Assembly: GCA_022601475.1 (NCBI GenBank)
Contig: JAJACO010000155.1
Span: 1 to 30,575, forward strand
Direction of reading: 5' to 3'
DNA length: 30,575 nucleotides
Origin: Chlamydiales bacterium
GTDB taxonomy: Bacteria; Chlamydiota; Chlamydiia; Chlamydiales; JAAKFR01
Shown: positions 16,801-26,651 of the stretch, piece after piece
Layout of the letters: every line of letters begins with the position of its first letter
How positions within the stretch are numbered: position 1 is the first letter of the stretch
Notes under the pieces: generated by a model
Databases searched by the model: none
What the model was told of the DNA's origin: nothing
Seen by the model: only the letters and a program-made list of their open reading frames with translations
Made by a program: the position numbers and the translations under genes

Positions 16801-17775
16801 ATGCGCGTTCTTGTCACCGGTGGTGCCGGATATGTGGGTTCAAAACTTGTGCCTGCTCTTCTAAAGCAAGGGTATGAGGTGAATGTTTTAGACCTCTATC
16901 TTTATGGTGATTCTGTTTTGGAACCGCATTCAGATTTAACACAGATTAAAGGAGATATTCGAGACCTTACTGTTTTAGAAGAGGCTCTTGATGAGTGCGA
17001 AGCTGTTATTCACCTAGCTTGTATTTCTAACGATCCAAGTTTTGAGCTTAATCCAGAGCTTGGTAAGTCGATTAACTTCGATGCATTTGAGCCGATGGTA
17101 AAAATGGCAAAAGAGAAAGGGATCAAGCGCTTTATTTACGCGTCCTCTTCTTCTGTTTATGGGGTAAAACAGGTGCCAAATGTGACAGAAGAGATGGACT
17201 TAGAGCCTCTGACTGATTATTCTAAATTTAAGGCTCTTTGTGAGCAGGTGTTATTTGATTACATGGATGAGACGTTTACTTGTACCGTATTGCGTCCGGC
17301 CACTGTGTGCGGCTATGCGCCTCGTCAACGCTTGGATGTTGTAGTCAACATCTTAACCAATCACGCCTATCACAACAAAAAAATTAAGATTATGGGAGGC
17401 GAGCAGATGCGTCCTAATATCCATATCGATGACATGGCCGCTGCGTATTTACATGTGTTAGAGCAGCCTAAAGAGAAAGTGCAGGGAGAGATTTTTAATG
17501 TGGGGTATCTCAATCACACAGTGCGAGAAATTGGTGAGATTGTGGCTAAAGTGTCTGGAGAGTGCGCGCTAGAAGTTGTTCCCACAGACGATAATCGCTC
17601 TTATCATGTGTCATCTGAAAAAATCGCTCAAAAGTTAGGTTTTGTCCCCTTAAGAACTCTAGAAGATGCGGTACACGATTTAATCGAGGCTTTTAAAGAA
17701 AATAAGCTCCCCAATGCGATGGAAGATGCACGTTATTTTAATATTAAAACAATGAATCAACTGGAGCTTAAGTAG
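16801..17775 (+). CDS. NAD-dependent nucleotide-sugar epimerase/dehydratase (SDR; start set at ATG 16801)
   Basis: [50 protein letters not shown] upstream. Confidence 0.9.
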   Translation: MRVLVTGGAGYVGSKLVPALLKQGYEVNVLDLYLYGDSVLEPHSDLTQIKGDIRDLTVLEEALDECEAVIHLACISNDPSFELNPELGKSINFDAFEPMVKMAKEKGIKRFIYASSSSVYGVKQVPNVTEEMDLEPLTDYSKFKALCEQVLFDYMDETFTCTVLRPATVCGYAPRQRLDVVVNILTNHAYHNKKIKIMGGEQMRPNIHIDDMAAAYLHVLEQPKEKVQGEIFNVGYLNHTVREIGEIVAKVSGECALEVVPTDDNRSYHVSSEKIAQKLGFVPLRTLEDAVHDLIEAFKENKLPNAMEDARYFNIKTMNQLELK

Positions 17776-18789
17776 ATGCGTGCTTTAGTGACAGGTGGTG
17801 CCGGTTTTATTGGGAGTCATCTTACAGAGCTTTTGTTAGCATCTGGACATGAGGTTTTAGTGGTTGATAACCTTAACTCGGGGCGATTACAAAATTTAGG
17901 CAGTGTACACGCTCATCCTGGGTTTTCTTTTCATGAGGTGGATATTTGTGACAAGTTAGCGTTGACTCCTCTATTTGAGGGGGTAGAATGGGTTTTTCAT
18001 CTTGCGGGGTTAGCCGATATTGTCCCTTCGATCGAAAATCCTGCGGATTATTATAAAGTGAATGTGGAGGGGACATTCAATGTGCTAGAGTGCGCCCGCT
18101 CTGCTGGTGTAAAGCGATTGATTTATGCAGCCTCCTCTTCGTGCTACGGCATCCCCAAAGCCTATCCCACGCCCGAAACAGCCGAGATCTCCCCTCAGTA
18201 TCCTTACGCATTGACCAAATACTTGGGAGAAGAACTTGTGATGCACTGGGAAAAGGTGTATCAAATCCCCGCAGTGAGCTTACGTCTTTTTAATGTATTT
18301 GGTCCAAGATCCCGTACAACAGGCACATATGGGGCAGTGTTTGGAGTGTTTTTGTCACAAAAATTGCATGGTAAACCGTTAACAGTTGTTGGAGATGGCA
18401 CTCAAACACGCGATTTTACGTATGTTGAAGATGTAGCGCGCGCCTTTTTGAGTGCAGCAAATAGTTGTGTTTCTGGAGAGATTTTTAATGTGGGTAGTTC
18501 CTCGCATTATAGTGTCAATCAGCTCGTAGAGCTTTTGGAGGGTGAGGTTGTTTCAATCCCCAAGCGGCCAGGTGAGCCCGATTGCACCTTTGCTGATGTA
18601 GGTAAAATCCAAGATTTACTCAACTGGAGGGCGGAAGTGCCTTTTGAAGAGGGTGTCAAAAGGTTGCTTGCGTGCATCGATGATTTTAAAAGCGCTCCCT
18701 TGTGGGAGCCTGAGTCCATTGAAAAAGCAACAAAGAGTTGGTTTACTCACTTGAGCGAAGGAGAAAAAGCTTGTTTAGACAACGTTTAG
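17776..18789 (+). CDS. NAD-dependent nucleotide-sugar epimerase/dehydratase (SDR)
   Basis: TGGAGFIGSH, FHLAGLADIVPS, YAASSSCYG, YALTK, LRLFNVFGP, QTRDFTYV. Confidence 0.9.
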   Translation: MRALVTGGAGFIGSHLTELLLASGHEVLVVDNLNSGRLQNLGSVHAHPGFSFHEVDICDKLALTPLFEGVEWVFHLAGLADIVPSIENPADYYKVNVEGTFNVLECARSAGVKRLIYAASSSCYGIPKAYPTPETAEISPQYPYALTKYLGEELVMHWEKVYQIPAVSLRLFNVFGPRSRTTGTYGAVFGVFLSQKLHGKPLTVVGDGTQTRDFTYVEDVARAFLSAANSCVSGEIFNVGSSSHYSVNQLVELLEGEVVSIPKRPGEPDCTFADVGKIQDLLNWRAEVPFEEGVKRLLACIDDFKSAPLWEPESIEKATKSWFTHLSEGEKACLDNV

Positions 18790-19355
18790 ATGAATTATCC
18801 GGCGTGATAGATCGGTGTGTTTACACTACCAGCCAAGGAGAGGTGAGCGCTTCTGAAGCACTAAAAATGTTTCATTTTTTGCTAGAACAAGTGACGCAAG
18901 TAGAAGGCATTGTCTATGTGATTGGCAATGGAGGGAGCGCAGGTATCGCTTCGCATTTTTGTACAGACTTGCTCCGCACGCTTCAAATCTCTGCAATGAC
19001 TTTTTCAGATTCTAATATCCTCACTTGTTTTGCCAATGATTTTGGGTATGAAAATGTGTATAAAATGCCTCTTATGTGCAATTTACGCTCACGCGATTTA
19101 CTTGTAGCTATTTCAAGCTCTGGATCTTCTCAAAATATTGTAGAGGCGTGCCAAGTGGCTCGAGACAAAAAAGCGGGATTGATCACTTTGAGTGGATTTG
19201 AGCCGGACAACGCTTTGCGAGGGCTTGGAGAGTTAAATTTTTGGCTGGAGAGCGCTGATTATGGACTTGTAGAGACGGGTCATTTTTTTCTATTACATAC
19301 GATTGTGGATACATGCAAAACAAAATCAAAGCGCTTAGCAACATCCGCGGTGTAG
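18771..19355 (+). CDS. gmhA: SIS-domain phosphosugar isomerase, GmhA-like (sedoheptulose-7-phosphate isomerase); start set at TTG 18771
   Basis: IGNGGSAGIASH, TCFANDFGYE, AISSSGSSQNIVEA, ITLSGF, final VETGH...H. AAGGAG RBS 7 nt before the TTG. Confidence 0.75.
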   Translation: MFRQRLDELSGVIDRCVYTTSQGEVSASEALKMFHFLLEQVTQVEGIVYVIGNGGSAGIASHFCTDLLRTLQISAMTFSDSNILTCFANDFGYENVYKMPLMCNLRSRDLLVAISSSGSSQNIVEACQVARDKKAGLITLSGFEPDNALRGLGELNFWLESADYGLVETGHFFLLHTIVDTCKTKSKRLATSAV

Positions 19356-20839
19356 TCGCGCAAGAGCAGGGGAGTGGAAACAAAATTGTGCACTGTCACG
19401 GTGTGTTTGATCTGCTCCATCCTGGGCATTTGCGCCACCTAAAAGAGGCGCGTAAACAGGGAGATAAGCTTGTTGTTTCGATCACTCCCGACAGATTTGT
19501 AAACAAGGGGCCGGGGCGTCCCGCTTTTGAAGAAAAACTCCGCCTCGAGCAGCTCGCTTCTTTAGTGTATGTCGATTATGTGGTGCTCAATGATGCCAAA
19601 GATGCGGTTTCTGTGATTCAAACAATTCAGCCCGATGTCTATGTAAAGGGGGCTGAATATCAAGATCACAAGGGGGACATTACCGGCAAGATTTCCGATG
19701 AGGCTAAAGCAATAGAGCGTGTGGGTGGCAAAATTTACTACACAGATGACATTGTGTACAGCTCCTCTGAGTTAATCAATCGCTTTGTGGATACAGATGC
19801 TCAAAGAATAGCTCCCTTTATAGAACAACTAAAAAAACACACTTCTCTTGATGAACTATTAAGCCGGGTTGATTCATTTAAAGATCTTAAAGTGCTTGTT
19901 GTAGGCGATGCGATCATTGATGAGTACCAGTATGTCGCTCCCTTGGGGCAAGCGGGAAAAGGAGTGCATCTCACCGCAAAACTCTTAGAAAAAGAGGTGT
20001 TTTTGGGAGGTTCTTTAATTATTGCCAACCATTTAGCTTCGTTCGCTTCGAATGTAACTCTTTTAACAGGTGTGGGCAAAAACTGCTCCAACCTAGAGAC
20101 AATTACCCAAAATCTCGCTCCGAACGTGGAGACAAATTTTGTCTACTTTGATGCGTATCCTACTCTGACAAAGACGCGGTTTGTGCTAGAGGATGGCAAA
20201 ACGATTACTAAGCTCTTTGAGACCTATTCGAGCAATCATTCTCTTGTAGAGCAGAAACACACCGACCAAATCACACACTTTTTAAACAAAAAAAGTGCAG
20301 AATATGATCTGATCTTAGTGTGTGATTTTGGAAATGGATTTACAAATCCATCCATTGTAAACACTTTGAGTGATCAAAAGGGCTTTTTAGCTGTTAATAC
20401 GCAGACAAACAGTGGAAATCGTGGGTTTAATGTGGTCACTCAATACCATCGAGCTGATTTTATTTCTCTTAATGAACCTGAACTACGTTTAGCAGCGCAC
20501 GATCGCTATAGTCGTTTGGAAACCGTTGTCGAAGATATTGCGGGACTTTTAAATTGTGCGCGTGTCTCTGTAACGCGTGGTGTAGAGGGTGTGTTTTTGC
20601 ACACACAGAATGCAGAATCTGTGTGGATTCCTGCATTGACAACACGCTCTATTGACCGCGTTGGCGCGGGGGATAGTTACTTTGCCTTAGCAAGTCTAAG
20701 CGCAGCTAAAGGTTGCTCTTCTTTAACAAGTGGTTTTTTGGGGTCTGTGGCAGCTGCAATTGACGTACAAATTGTGGGAAATAAAGAAGCGGTACAAAAA
20801 ACAGAACTGTGTAAATACATCACCCGGTTACTTAAATGA
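19313..20839 (+). CDS. Bifunctional nucleotidyltransferase / PfkB sugar kinase (HldE-like, reversed domain order)
   Basis: N-terminal HxGH cytidylyltransferase-like domain (HGVFDLLHPGHLRHL, PDVYVKGAEY, YSSSELI). C-terminal ribokinase-fold domain (VVGDAIIDEY, LNEPELR, VTRG, DRVGAGDSY). Confidence 0.88.
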   Translation: MQNKIKALSNIRGVVAQEQGSGNKIVHCHGVFDLLHPGHLRHLKEARKQGDKLVVSITPDRFVNKGPGRPAFEEKLRLEQLASLVYVDYVVLNDAKDAVSVIQTIQPDVYVKGAEYQDHKGDITGKISDEAKAIERVGGKIYYTDDIVYSSSELINRFVDTDAQRIAPFIEQLKKHTSLDELLSRVDSFKDLKVLVVGDAIIDEYQYVAPLGQAGKGVHLTAKLLEKEVFLGGSLIIANHLASFASNVTLLTGVGKNCSNLETITQNLAPNVETNFVYFDAYPTLTKTRFVLEDGKTITKLFETYSSNHSLVEQKHTDQITHFLNKKSAEYDLILVCDFGNGFTNPSIVNTLSDQKGFLAVNTQTNSGNRGFNVVTQYHRADFISLNEPELRLAAHDRYSRLETVVEDIAGLLNCARVSVTRGVEGVFLHTQNAESVWIPALTTRSIDRVGAGDSYFALASLSAAKGCSSLTSGFLGSVAAAIDVQIVGNKEAVQKTELCKYITRLLK

Positions 20840-21738
20840 CGCAAGCACTCACACTTGACTATGAACTCAAACGGATCCGCATGGTTGAAGAGGCGATTGC
20901 GGAGCGCTATTCTGAGCAACAAATGCGCTGTCCTGTACATTTGAGCATTGGACAAGAAGCTGTGGCTGTTGGTGTGTGCTCACAACTTAAAGAGACAGAT
21001 CTTGTGGTGAGTGGGCATCGCGCGCATGCACATTACTTAGCTAAGGGAGGCTCTCTAAAAAAAATGCTCGCCGAGATTTATGGCAAGCAAACAGGTTGCT
21101 GTAAAGGACGAGGAGGCTCGATGCACCTTGTCGATTTAGAGGCGGGCTTTTTGGGTTCTACACCGATTGTGGGAGGGACTATTCCCATCGGCGTAGGAGC
21201 AGCTTTTGGATCTGTTTTAAAAAATCAGTCGCATGTTGTGACGATTTTTCTTGGGGAGGGCTCGACAGAAGAGGGTGTTTTTGCAGAGAGTTTAAATTTT
21301 GCAGCGCTTAAAAAATTGCCTGTTTTGTTTGTTTGTGAGAACAATCTCTACTCTGTTTATTCGCCGCTAGAGGTGCGGCAACCCAAAGAGCGTAAAATTC
21401 CTTTAATTGCGGAGGCGCACGGCATTTTTGCTCTGCAAGGAGATGGGAATGATGTGGAAGAGGTGATCGATCTAACCTCTCAAGCGCTCGAACATATACA
21501 TGCGGGAAGAGGTCCTTGTTTGCTTGAGTTTGCCACCTATCGTTTTAGAGAACACTGTGGCCCACATTTTGATCCATATCAACCTGAAGAAGAAGTGCTT
21601 TTTTGGAAAGAGCGCGATCCTTTATTAAAAGTGAAGATAGATGTGGAACCGATAAAAAGGGAGATTGAAGAGGCATTTGCTTTTGCTCTTTCAAGTCCAT
21701 TTCCTATTGCAGAACCAAAAGATGAGCACTATGCCTGA
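20836..21738 (+). CDS. TPP-dependent dehydrogenase E1 alpha-like subunit
   Basis: HLSIGQEA, HRAHAHYLAKG, GRGGSMH, TPP motif GEGSTEEG...ENN, TYRFREHCG. Confidence 0.9.
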   Translation: MTQALTLDYELKRIRMVEEAIAERYSEQQMRCPVHLSIGQEAVAVGVCSQLKETDLVVSGHRAHAHYLAKGGSLKKMLAEIYGKQTGCCKGRGGSMHLVDLEAGFLGSTPIVGGTIPIGVGAAFGSVLKNQSHVVTIFLGEGSTEEGVFAESLNFAALKKLPVLFVCENNLYSVYSPLEVRQPKERKIPLIAEAHGIFALQGDGNDVEEVIDLTSQALEHIHAGRGPCLLEFATYRFREHCGPHFDPYQPEEEVLFWKERDPLLKVKIDVEPIKREIEEAFAFALSSPFPIAEPKDEHYA

Positions 21739-22801
21739 CATCAAGTTTAGCCAAGCGATTTTACAAGCGACCGACCAATTAATGGAACTCGATGCTTCGA
21801 TCTACCTCATGGGGCTGGGAGTTCCGGATCCTAAAGGAATTTTTGGAACAACAACAGGATTAGAAGACAAATACGGCGCAGATCGAGTGATGGACATGCC
21901 CACATCCGAAAATGCCATGACAGGCGTTGCTATTGGATCTGCAATCATGGGAATGCGTCCGATCATGACCCATCAAAGGGTAGATTTCATGCTCCTTGCT
22001 CTTGATCAACTGATCAATAACGCAGCTAAATGGCATTATATGTTTGGTGGTCAAATGAAAGTGCCTCTGGTCGTTCGTTTAATTATGGGGCGTGGATGGG
22101 GGCAAGGACCGCAGCATGCACAAACCTTTCAGAGTCTTTTTGGCCACATTCCCGGTTTAAAGGTGGTGATGCCCTCGAGCCCACACGATGCAAAGGGCTT
22201 GCTTGTCGCCGCTGTGCAAGATGATAATCCTGTGATCTATTTGGAGCACAGGTGGCTCCACTCTATTCATGGCGAGGTGCCAGAAGAGCTTTATAGCATT
22301 CCTTTGGGGAAGGCGCACCGCCTCTTAGAGGGCTCTGATCTCACCTTTATCGCTTGCTCTCATATGACATTAGAGGCCTTTAAGGCGGCAAAAGCACTAG
22401 AAGCGGAGGGCATTTCTTGCGAGGTGATCGATCTAAGATCGATTCAACCTCTTGATAAAGAGATGATTTTAGAATCCGTGCGCAAAACTGGTAGAGCGAT
22501 TATTGCAGACCCCGATTGGAAAACGTGCGGACTGGCTGCAGAAATCAGTGCTCTTTTGGTAGAGGAAGCATTCGATGCATTACGCAGCCCTCCCAAGAGA
22601 GTGACCTATCCAGACGCGCACTCCCCAACGAGTTGGGCGCTTGCTAATCACTACTACCCAACACACGCTGATTTAATGATTACAGCTCTTCAAATGTTGG
22701 GTAAATCCGTGCAGGCGCGCCACGTATTAGAAACACTATTAGATTCTAAAATGAAGGAGCCGTTGGATACTCCAGACCCTTCTTTTACGGGTCCATTTTA
22801 A
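21731..22801 (+). CDS. TPP-dependent dehydrogenase E1 beta-like subunit (start set at ATG 21731)
   Basis: DMPTSENAMTG, MRPIMTH, GQGPQHAQ, PGLKVVMPS, YLEHR, EVIDLRSIQPLD. Confidence 0.9.
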   Translation: MPDIKFSQAILQATDQLMELDASIYLMGLGVPDPKGIFGTTTGLEDKYGADRVMDMPTSENAMTGVAIGSAIMGMRPIMTHQRVDFMLLALDQLINNAAKWHYMFGGQMKVPLVVRLIMGRGWGQGPQHAQTFQSLFGHIPGLKVVMPSSPHDAKGLLVAAVQDDNPVIYLEHRWLHSIHGEVPEELYSIPLGKAHRLLEGSDLTFIACSHMTLEAFKAAKALEAEGISCEVIDLRSIQPLDKEMILESVRKTGRAIIADPDWKTCGLAAEISALLVEEAFDALRSPPKRVTYPDAHSPTSWALANHYYPTHADLMITALQMLGKSVQARHVLETLLDSKMKEPLDTPDPSFTGPF

Positions 22802-22813
22802 AGAGGTTTTTGG

Positions 22814-23803
22814 ATGAAAAAAGTTTTAGTGATTGGAAGCAATTCTTTTTCTGGTAGCGACTTTGTCGATCTTTTGCTCGAAGAGGGGGACTATCATGTG
22901 ATTGGAGTGAGCAGATCGAGTGAGAAAGAAGCGCTTTTTTTGCCCTACAAGCAGCGGCTGTGTCCCAATTTTCAGTTTCACAAAATTGATTTAAATCACG
23001 ATCTTGCCAAACTAGAAGAGATTTTGGATGCTGAAAGACCCGAGTACATCGTCAACTTTGCAGCTCAAAGTGAGGTGGCGCCTAGTTGGCAGTATCCTCA
23101 CCATTGGTTTCAGACAAATGCAGTCTCTTTAACGCAGCTTGCGAACATATTAAAAGATAAGACTTTTTTAAAAAAGTATGTCCATATCTCTTCTCCCGAA
23201 GTGTACGGCACGTGCGAGGGTTTTATTAAAGAGCAGACTCCTCTCAACCCAACAACACCTTATGCAGCCTCCAAAGCGGCGGGCGATTTTTCTCTTTTTA
23301 CCTTTGCCAAAAATTTCAACTTTCCGCTTGTGATGATCCGCGCTACCAATGTGTATGGGCCCCACCAGCAACTCTTTAAGATTATTCCTCGCTCGATGAT
23401 TTATATGAAACAGGGGCATAAAATCCCTCTACATGGAGGGGGTAGGGCGGTCAAATCGTACATCTATATTCGCGATGTTTCTTTAGGGGAGTTACTCGCT
23501 ATGGAACAAGGGCGTCCGGGAGAAATTTATCATCTCTCACCCGATCAAGGAGTCGCTGTAAGGGATGTTGTCAAAACCATCGCCAATAAATTAAACCTCC
23601 CCTTTGAAAATGTAGTTGATGTGGTTGAGGAGCGCCTAGGACAGGATAAAGCGTATACAATAGACTCCTCAAAAGCACGTACAGAGCTTGGATGGCAGCC
23701 TGCAGTTAGTCTTGAGGAGGGAATTGAAAAAACACTGAATTGGGTTAACGGCTCATTTGAAACCATCACACAACAACCCCTAGAATATATACACAAGGAA
23801 TAA
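22814..23803 (+). CDS. NDP-sugar 4,6-dehydratase-family SDR (RmlB/Gmd-like)
   Basis: VNFAAQSEV, HISSPEVYG, PYAASK, RATNVYGPHQ, KSYIYIRD, ERLGQDKAYTIDSSKAR. The Rossmann motif is atypical (GSNSFSG). Confidence 0.8.
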   Translation: MKKVLVIGSNSFSGSDFVDLLLEEGDYHVIGVSRSSEKEALFLPYKQRLCPNFQFHKIDLNHDLAKLEEILDAERPEYIVNFAAQSEVAPSWQYPHHWFQTNAVSLTQLANILKDKTFLKKYVHISSPEVYGTCEGFIKEQTPLNPTTPYAASKAAGDFSLFTFAKNFNFPLVMIRATNVYGPHQQLFKIIPRSMIYMKQGHKIPLHGGGRAVKSYIYIRDVSLGELLAMEQGRPGEIYHLSPDQGVAVRDVVKTIANKLNLPFENVVDVVEERLGQDKAYTIDSSKARTELGWQPAVSLEEGIEKTLNWVNGSFETITQQPLEYIHKE

Positions 23804-23805
23804 GA

Positions 23806-24465
23806 ATGGGACAGCAAATTGATCTATTAGAAAATTATCCCAAAGCGAAGCGTAATGTGAAAGAGCGGGGCGCAACAAAAACAGAAGAAGATCGAACAAT
23901 TGCGCGCGCTTTTGGAAAAGAGTTTTTTGATGGAGAGCGCAAGCACGGCTATGGAGGTTTTAGCTATAGCCCCAGATTTTGGCAACCCGTTGTGCCCACA
24001 TTCCAGAAATTTTATGATCTCTCGGCTCAATCTAAGGTTTTGGATGTGGGATGCGCCAAGGGATTTATGGTGTACGACTTTAAACAATTGATTCCGGGCA
24101 TTCAAATAGAGGGGATCGATGTCTCCTCCTACGCCATTGAAAACAGCCAAGAGCAAGTGCGCTCTTATTTACAGGTCGCAGATGCAAGAGCTTTGCCTTA
24201 CTCAGACAACAGCTTTGATCTTGTCATTGCGATCAACACGATCCATAATTTAGAAAAAAATGAGCTGATTGTAGCACTAAAAGAGATTGAACGAGTGAGC
24301 TGTGGTCACAGTTTTATCACGGTGGATGCGTACCGCAACGAGGAAGAAAAAGAGTTAATGAACGCATGGAATCTCACCGCTAAAACCATTTTATCGGTAG
24401 AGGAGTGGGAAGCGCTTTTTCAGCAAGTGGGCTATACAGGAGATTACTATTGGTTCATCCCTTAA
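23806..24465 (+). CDS. Class I SAM-dependent methyltransferase
   Basis: Motif I VLDVGCAKG, GIDVS, LPYSDNSFDLVIAINTIH. Confidence 0.88.
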   Translation: MGQQIDLLENYPKAKRNVKERGATKTEEDRTIARAFGKEFFDGERKHGYGGFSYSPRFWQPVVPTFQKFYDLSAQSKVLDVGCAKGFMVYDFKQLIPGIQIEGIDVSSYAIENSQEQVRSYLQVADARALPYSDNSFDLVIAINTIHNLEKNELIVALKEIERVSCGHSFITVDAYRNEEEKELMNAWNLTAKTILSVEEWEALFQQVGYTGDYYWFIP

Positions 24466-25253
24466 TTGTCATTGGATCCAATGGATTTATCGGTAGCCAC
24501 TTTTGTAAAAAATGGCCCGAAGCTTTGGGCATTTCGCGCGCAGAGCTCGATCTAACCGATCCGCAGATCCATTTTTCTACTGCAGGTTTTGAATATGCTC
24601 TCATTGCAGCGGGCGTTTGTCAACTGCATGCATGCGAGACAAATCCACAACAAACTCATCTTTGCAACGTAGAGGGAACGCTTAAATTAGGAGAGCTTTT
24701 GCTTCAAAAGGGAGTGTGTCCTATTTTTTGTTCTTCTGATGCGGTCTTTAATGATCGGTTAGAGTTAGCTCCTCTCAATGTGTATGGAACTCAAAAAGCT
24801 TTACTAGAAAAAGAAGCGGTTAAACTAGGTGCTCTTGTGATCCGTTTGAGCAAAGTGTATGGAGAGGATCGAGGGGATGGAACTCTTTTTGATGAAATGG
24901 CTGGTCGGTTGTCTCAACATCAATCGATTGAAGCGGCAAAAGATCAAATTTTTTCTCCGGTGCATATCGACGATGTGCTCTTAACTGTTGCAAACTGCAT
25001 CAAAACAGAAGCAAGGGGAATAGTGAATGTGACAGGTCCTCATTACGCCTCTCGCTATGAGATGGCTATCACACTTGCAAAAGGTTTAGGTGTCTCCTCA
25101 AACTTAGTCAAGGCGATTCAATTAGCTGATAGAAAAGAGGAATTTAAACGGGCCAAAAACACGCCTTTGAATTCTTCCTTTTCAAAAATAGCGTGGGAGC
25201 AAGGAGTGCAACACGTGCTCAACAATTATAAGCAGGAAGTGTATGGAACATAA
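24450..25253 (+). CDS. RmlD-like NDP-4-keto-sugar reductase (start set at TTG 24450)
   Basis: GSNGFIG, FCSSDAVF, YGTQK, DQIFSPVHI, SRYEMA. AGGAG RBS 7 nt before the TTG. Confidence 0.78.
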   Translation: MVHPLIVIGSNGFIGSHFCKKWPEALGISRAELDLTDPQIHFSTAGFEYALIAAGVCQLHACETNPQQTHLCNVEGTLKLGELLLQKGVCPIFCSSDAVFNDRLELAPLNVYGTQKALLEKEAVKLGALVIRLSKVYGEDRGDGTLFDEMAGRLSQHQSIEAAKDQIFSPVHIDDVLLTVANCIKTEARGIVNVTGPHYASRYEMAITLAKGLGVSSNLVKAIQLADRKEEFKRAKNTPLNSSFSKIAWEQGVQHVLNNYKQEVYGT

Positions 25254-25911
25254 AGAACAAGAAACGTGGGATTTAACCGCCGAGATGCTGGGCAATGACT
25301 CTGTGGCACTCTCGGATCACTGGTCGTATAATTTTAGAAACGACCCCAAAAGATTAGCCTTTGTGCTAGCGCGTTATAAATTTGCTGCAAAAATGGGCTC
25401 TAAAAACCGCTCTCTACTCGAATTGGGATGCGGAGAGGGAATTGGCGCTCCTATTTTGGCTGAAATGGCCACTCATTATACAGGAGTGGACTTAGATGAT
25501 GCAGCGATCTTAACAGCTAAAGAAAACTTTGATCCACAAAAATTCTCTTTTTTATACGACGATTTTATGGGCAAAACCTTTGGGGAATTTCAAACAGTGA
25601 TCAGCCTAGATGTTGTAGAGCACATCTATAAGGAGCATGAAGCTGTTTATTTTAAAACTTTGCTTCAAAACCTCACCTCCGATGGCATTGCGATTGTGGG
25701 CACTCCCAACATCACAGCCGCCCCCTACGCTTCTGAGGCAAGTAACCTAGGACATGTGAATCTTTTTTCTCAAAAACGACTAAAAGAGACGCTAGAAATA
25801 TATTTCCATAACGTTTTTCCTTTTGGTATCAACGACGAAACAGTGCACACAGGTTACGCCCCGATGGCGCATTATGTGATGTGTGTGGCATGTAATCGGA
25901 GAGATGTATGA
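25243..25911 (+). CDS. Class I SAM-dependent methyltransferase
   Basis: LLELGCGEG, GVDLD, SLDVVEHI, GTPN. Confidence 0.88.
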   Translation: MEHKEQETWDLTAEMLGNDSVALSDHWSYNFRNDPKRLAFVLARYKFAAKMGSKNRSLLELGCGEGIGAPILAEMATHYTGVDLDDAAILTAKENFDPQKFSFLYDDFMGKTFGEFQTVISLDVVEHIYKEHEAVYFKTLLQNLTSDGIAIVGTPNITAAPYASEASNLGHVNLFSQKRLKETLEIYFHNVFPFGINDETVHTGYAPMAHYVMCVACNRRDV

Positions 25912-26651
25912 ACCAATTTAAAGAACAATTTCAACAACAAGGCTGGTTTGTTTTTGATCTCCTCGATCCAAAACCTGTACTCCAAACGCGTGCCTTTTTA
26001 AAAGAGGCGCTTTTCAAGCTGTGTGGAAAACAGAGCTCTCTTGAGGAATATCACACCCATTTTTTGGATGATCAAGAACACACAGAAATGCAAGTTAAAC
26101 TGACGCAGATGTATCGAGAACAAAAATGCGGTCCCTCTATTATCGAGGCGCAGCTTCCCTTTTTTCAAGATCTTTTGGGTCCGGACCTCTCTGTGCAAGC
26201 TAACCCCTATTTACGCATCACCCGCCCTTGTAAAAAGCAAGACAATATCGGCTATCACAGAGACACTTTTTATGGTGGATCGCCTTTTGAACTCTCCGTG
26301 TTTATCCCCTTTGTCGACCTTCCAAAAGAGAGTAGTTTAAGCGTTCTACCAGGCTCTCATGTGCAGCCGGATACGCATTATCCCACAACACAAGTTGAAA
26401 ATTCTGATACTCAAGTGCGCAAAGGGACAGCCAAACATCAACTTGGCTTTTTATATGCCCCTAAAATGATGGATTCCTCAATCGAAGAGCAGATGCACGC
26501 GCTTGCACCTGTTGATTTAAGTGCAAGAGCTGACTATTATCAACCTTTGAGTCACTCAGTCGTGACACAATCCGCAAACCAATACCTAAAGGCCAATGGA
26601 CAAGAAACAAGAAAGCATGTCGAATTGGAGCTGTGTCACACAGCTTCTTGA
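25908..26651 (+). CDS. PhyH-like 2-oxoglutarate/Fe(II) oxygenase-family protein, apparently missing its distal strands (possible pseudogene)
   Basis: YHRD (HxD), FIPFVD, LSVLPGSH are present. The expected later G-x-x-x-x-F...H...N...R segment is not seen. Confidence 0.7.
   Translation: MNQFKEQFQQQGWFVFDLLDPKPVLQTRAFLKEALFKLCGKQSSLEEYHTHFLDDQEHTEMQVKLTQMYREQKCGPSIIEAQLPFFQDLLGPDLSVQANPYLRITRPCKKQDNIGYHRDTFYGGSPFELSVFIPFVDLPKESSLSVLPGSHVQPDTHYPTTQVENSDTQVRKGTAKHQLGFLYAPKMMDSSIEEQMHALAPVDLSARADYYQPLSHSVVTQSANQYLKANGQETRKHVELELCHTAS

Noticed and set aside
20836-22801. Annotating the pair as housekeeping pyruvate dehydrogenase pdhA/pdhB
   Set aside because: No E2 or E3 nearby, and the pair is translationally coupled inside a nucleotide-sugar operon.
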